From contig JAWMAR010000061.1 in assembly GCA_036785375.1 (NCBI GenBank), forward strand, positions 1,488,001 through 1,552,000: a DNA stretch of 64,000 nt, in the 5' to 3' direction. Each line of letters opens with the position of its first letter. Positions within the stretch are counted from its first letter, which is position 1. The stretch is from Leucoraja ocellata (lineage: Eukaryota). Positions 62,618 through 64,000 of the stretch are shown here, one piece after another. Made by a program: the position numbers and the translations under genes. The notes beneath the pieces are model-generated. The model saw only the letters and a program-made list of their open reading frames with translations, had not been told where the DNA came from and searched no databases.

Positions 62618-63597
62618 GCCTATTTCCTTCACTCCATAGATGCTGCCACATCCGCTGAGTTTCTCCAGCAATTTTGTCTACCGTCTCTTGCAGGCTTTGC
62701 AGGATGTTGTATTTAATATTATTTAGTAATAATTTACAGCCATTACCAAGTGCTTTACTTTTGGGAGAAGCATATGGTCCAAGGTAAACTAGTGTTGGTT
62801 GATAGTGGGAGTTGTTCCAGTCTATTGCCCATGGCTGGTAGTCAGTGCGAATCCCAAATGAATGGAATGACTCACTTTCATTCACAGGCCCGCTTGCTTC
62901 CCTGCCCCCTCATTTTCCCTGAAGGCAGAGTCAAGCTGGTATATGTGCCACCGGTGTTGATTCTACATGCAGGGAAAAGTTTTGATCAGCCAAGTTGGCA
63001 CAAGCCTAACGGTACATATTGCCTGCGGTCATCGCGCATATGAAAGCCAACATTGCATCTAGTAATCCTGCAAAATGGTCACGCAGGTTTGAGGGCTCTT
63101 TGGTTTACAGTTTGCCTTGTGTTCTTGACCAATGGTTGGGAAAAAAACCTGGGTGTGGTATCAGATGTAGACCTTGATGGAAATTGATAGTCAGCTGCGG
63201 TTCCCCTTCATGGTGGAATAACTCATCCACACTTGCTACGGTGTAGACAGATCATTGGAACAGGGCAAATCGGTATGTGTTTGATGCTGATCTCACCAGG
63301 AAAGATGAGGGACAATTAATATCAATGCCATAAAAATGCACCTTTGCCATTTGATGACCTGGCCTTCTATTAGTTACATGCCGAGGCAGTTCATTTATTA
63401 TTTGTAAAATACACAACATACAGAAACTGAAGCAGATTGAATGAAGACACGTCAAGTTTGTGGTGTTGGTTATTCGTATGGTTATCTTGACTGGTATAAA
63501 ATAGTTCTGCCTTGCGTAATTCTCTGTGGCATCAAGGCTACGGCTGTTTTCTTTAATATTAAATTTATAATATTTGAATATTATGTATGTCCTGCAG

Positions 63598-63696
63598 ATT
63601 TTCGATGATTACCATCATTTTCGGCATCAAGGAGTAGTGAAACGGTCATTGAATGCCCATGTTCACCATCACAATAGACTGCGGCAGGCACCCGAG
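63598..63696 (+). CDS. Proprotein convertase (furin/PCSK4-like), second coding exon: prodomain
   Basis: TCCTGCAG| acceptor and GAG|GTAAGT donor; 99 nt, phase 0/0. Encodes IFDDYHHFRHQGVVKRSLNAHVHHHNRLRQAPE, colinear with human furin IFGDYYHFWHRGVTKRSLSPHRPRHSRLQREPQ (recalled), and continues exon 1 in frame. Confidence 0.93.
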
Positions 63697-63845
63697 GTAA
63701 GTCTCAACCACATTTGGATCAGTTTGGTCCTTTCTATTGTTTCTATTAACCTGTGAATTAGTTTATTATATGGGACGTTATTCCCAGGTAAGTGCATGGA
63801 TTTCAATACATTTACACATTAGTGGGACGACAATGATGCTCCTAA

Positions 63846-64000
63846 TTTTAGTTTAGTTTGGCGATACAACGCGGAAACTGTCCCTTCGGCCCGTCGAGTC
63901 CGTGCCGACCAATGATCCCTGCACACCAACACTGTCCCAAATACACTAGAGACAGTTTACAATTATACCAAGCCTGTGCACGTCGTTCGAATGTGGGAAT
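63846..64000 (-). mobile_element. tRNA-derived SINE 3' part (runs off window)
   Basis: (TTTAG)n tail and CCCTTCGGCCC motif as in the other copies. Confidence 0.7.

Larger units (their letters stand above)
14558..63597 (+). other. Intron between the first two coding exons of the convertase gene (49,040 bp, GT-AG)
   Basis: Bounded by GTGAGC at 14558 and CAG at 63595-63597. The joined exons give an uninterrupted prodomain (LGQ|IFDDY). Confidence 0.88.

Noticed and set aside
2124-62682. Recurrent ~28-bp hairpin motif as a CRISPR repeat, attC site or terminator
   Set aside because: Eukaryotic context, dispersed in both orientations with no regular spacers or cas/integrase genes, and physically linked to Penelope ends.
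63574-63756. 60-aa ORF as a stand-alone gene
   Set aside because: It is exon 2 plus in-frame intronic flanks, and the splice sites are clear.

Overview
Repeat-dense vertebrate genomic DNA. The repeat complement (HE1/V-SINE-like SINEs, CR1, L2, Rex1/Babar, Penelope-like elements) points to a cartilaginous fish, probably a skate or ray (inference). One host gene is well supported: a furin/PCSK4-like proprotein convertase on the + strand. Coding exon 1 (14384-14557, signal peptide and start of prodomain) lies in a CpG island, and coding exon 2 (63598-63696) follows a 49,040-bp phase-0 intron. Almost all other ORFs in the track are transposon fragments or noise. The most striking non-gene signal is a large population of short Penelope-derived insertions carrying a minimal hammerhead-ribozyme core (CUGANGA-A-stemII-GAAA-CGUH). 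Many are fold-back inverted units flanked by 10-16 bp target-site duplications, and several intact cores lie in sense orientation inside the convertase intron. Also notable: a perfect 127-bp palindrome (24552-24678), uORFs in strong context upstream of the convertase ATG, an isolated structured RTE-like 5' head, Harbinger-like MITEs and a 1.15-kb local duplication. Family assignments come from recalled motifs, not database searches, and repeat boundaries are approximate.
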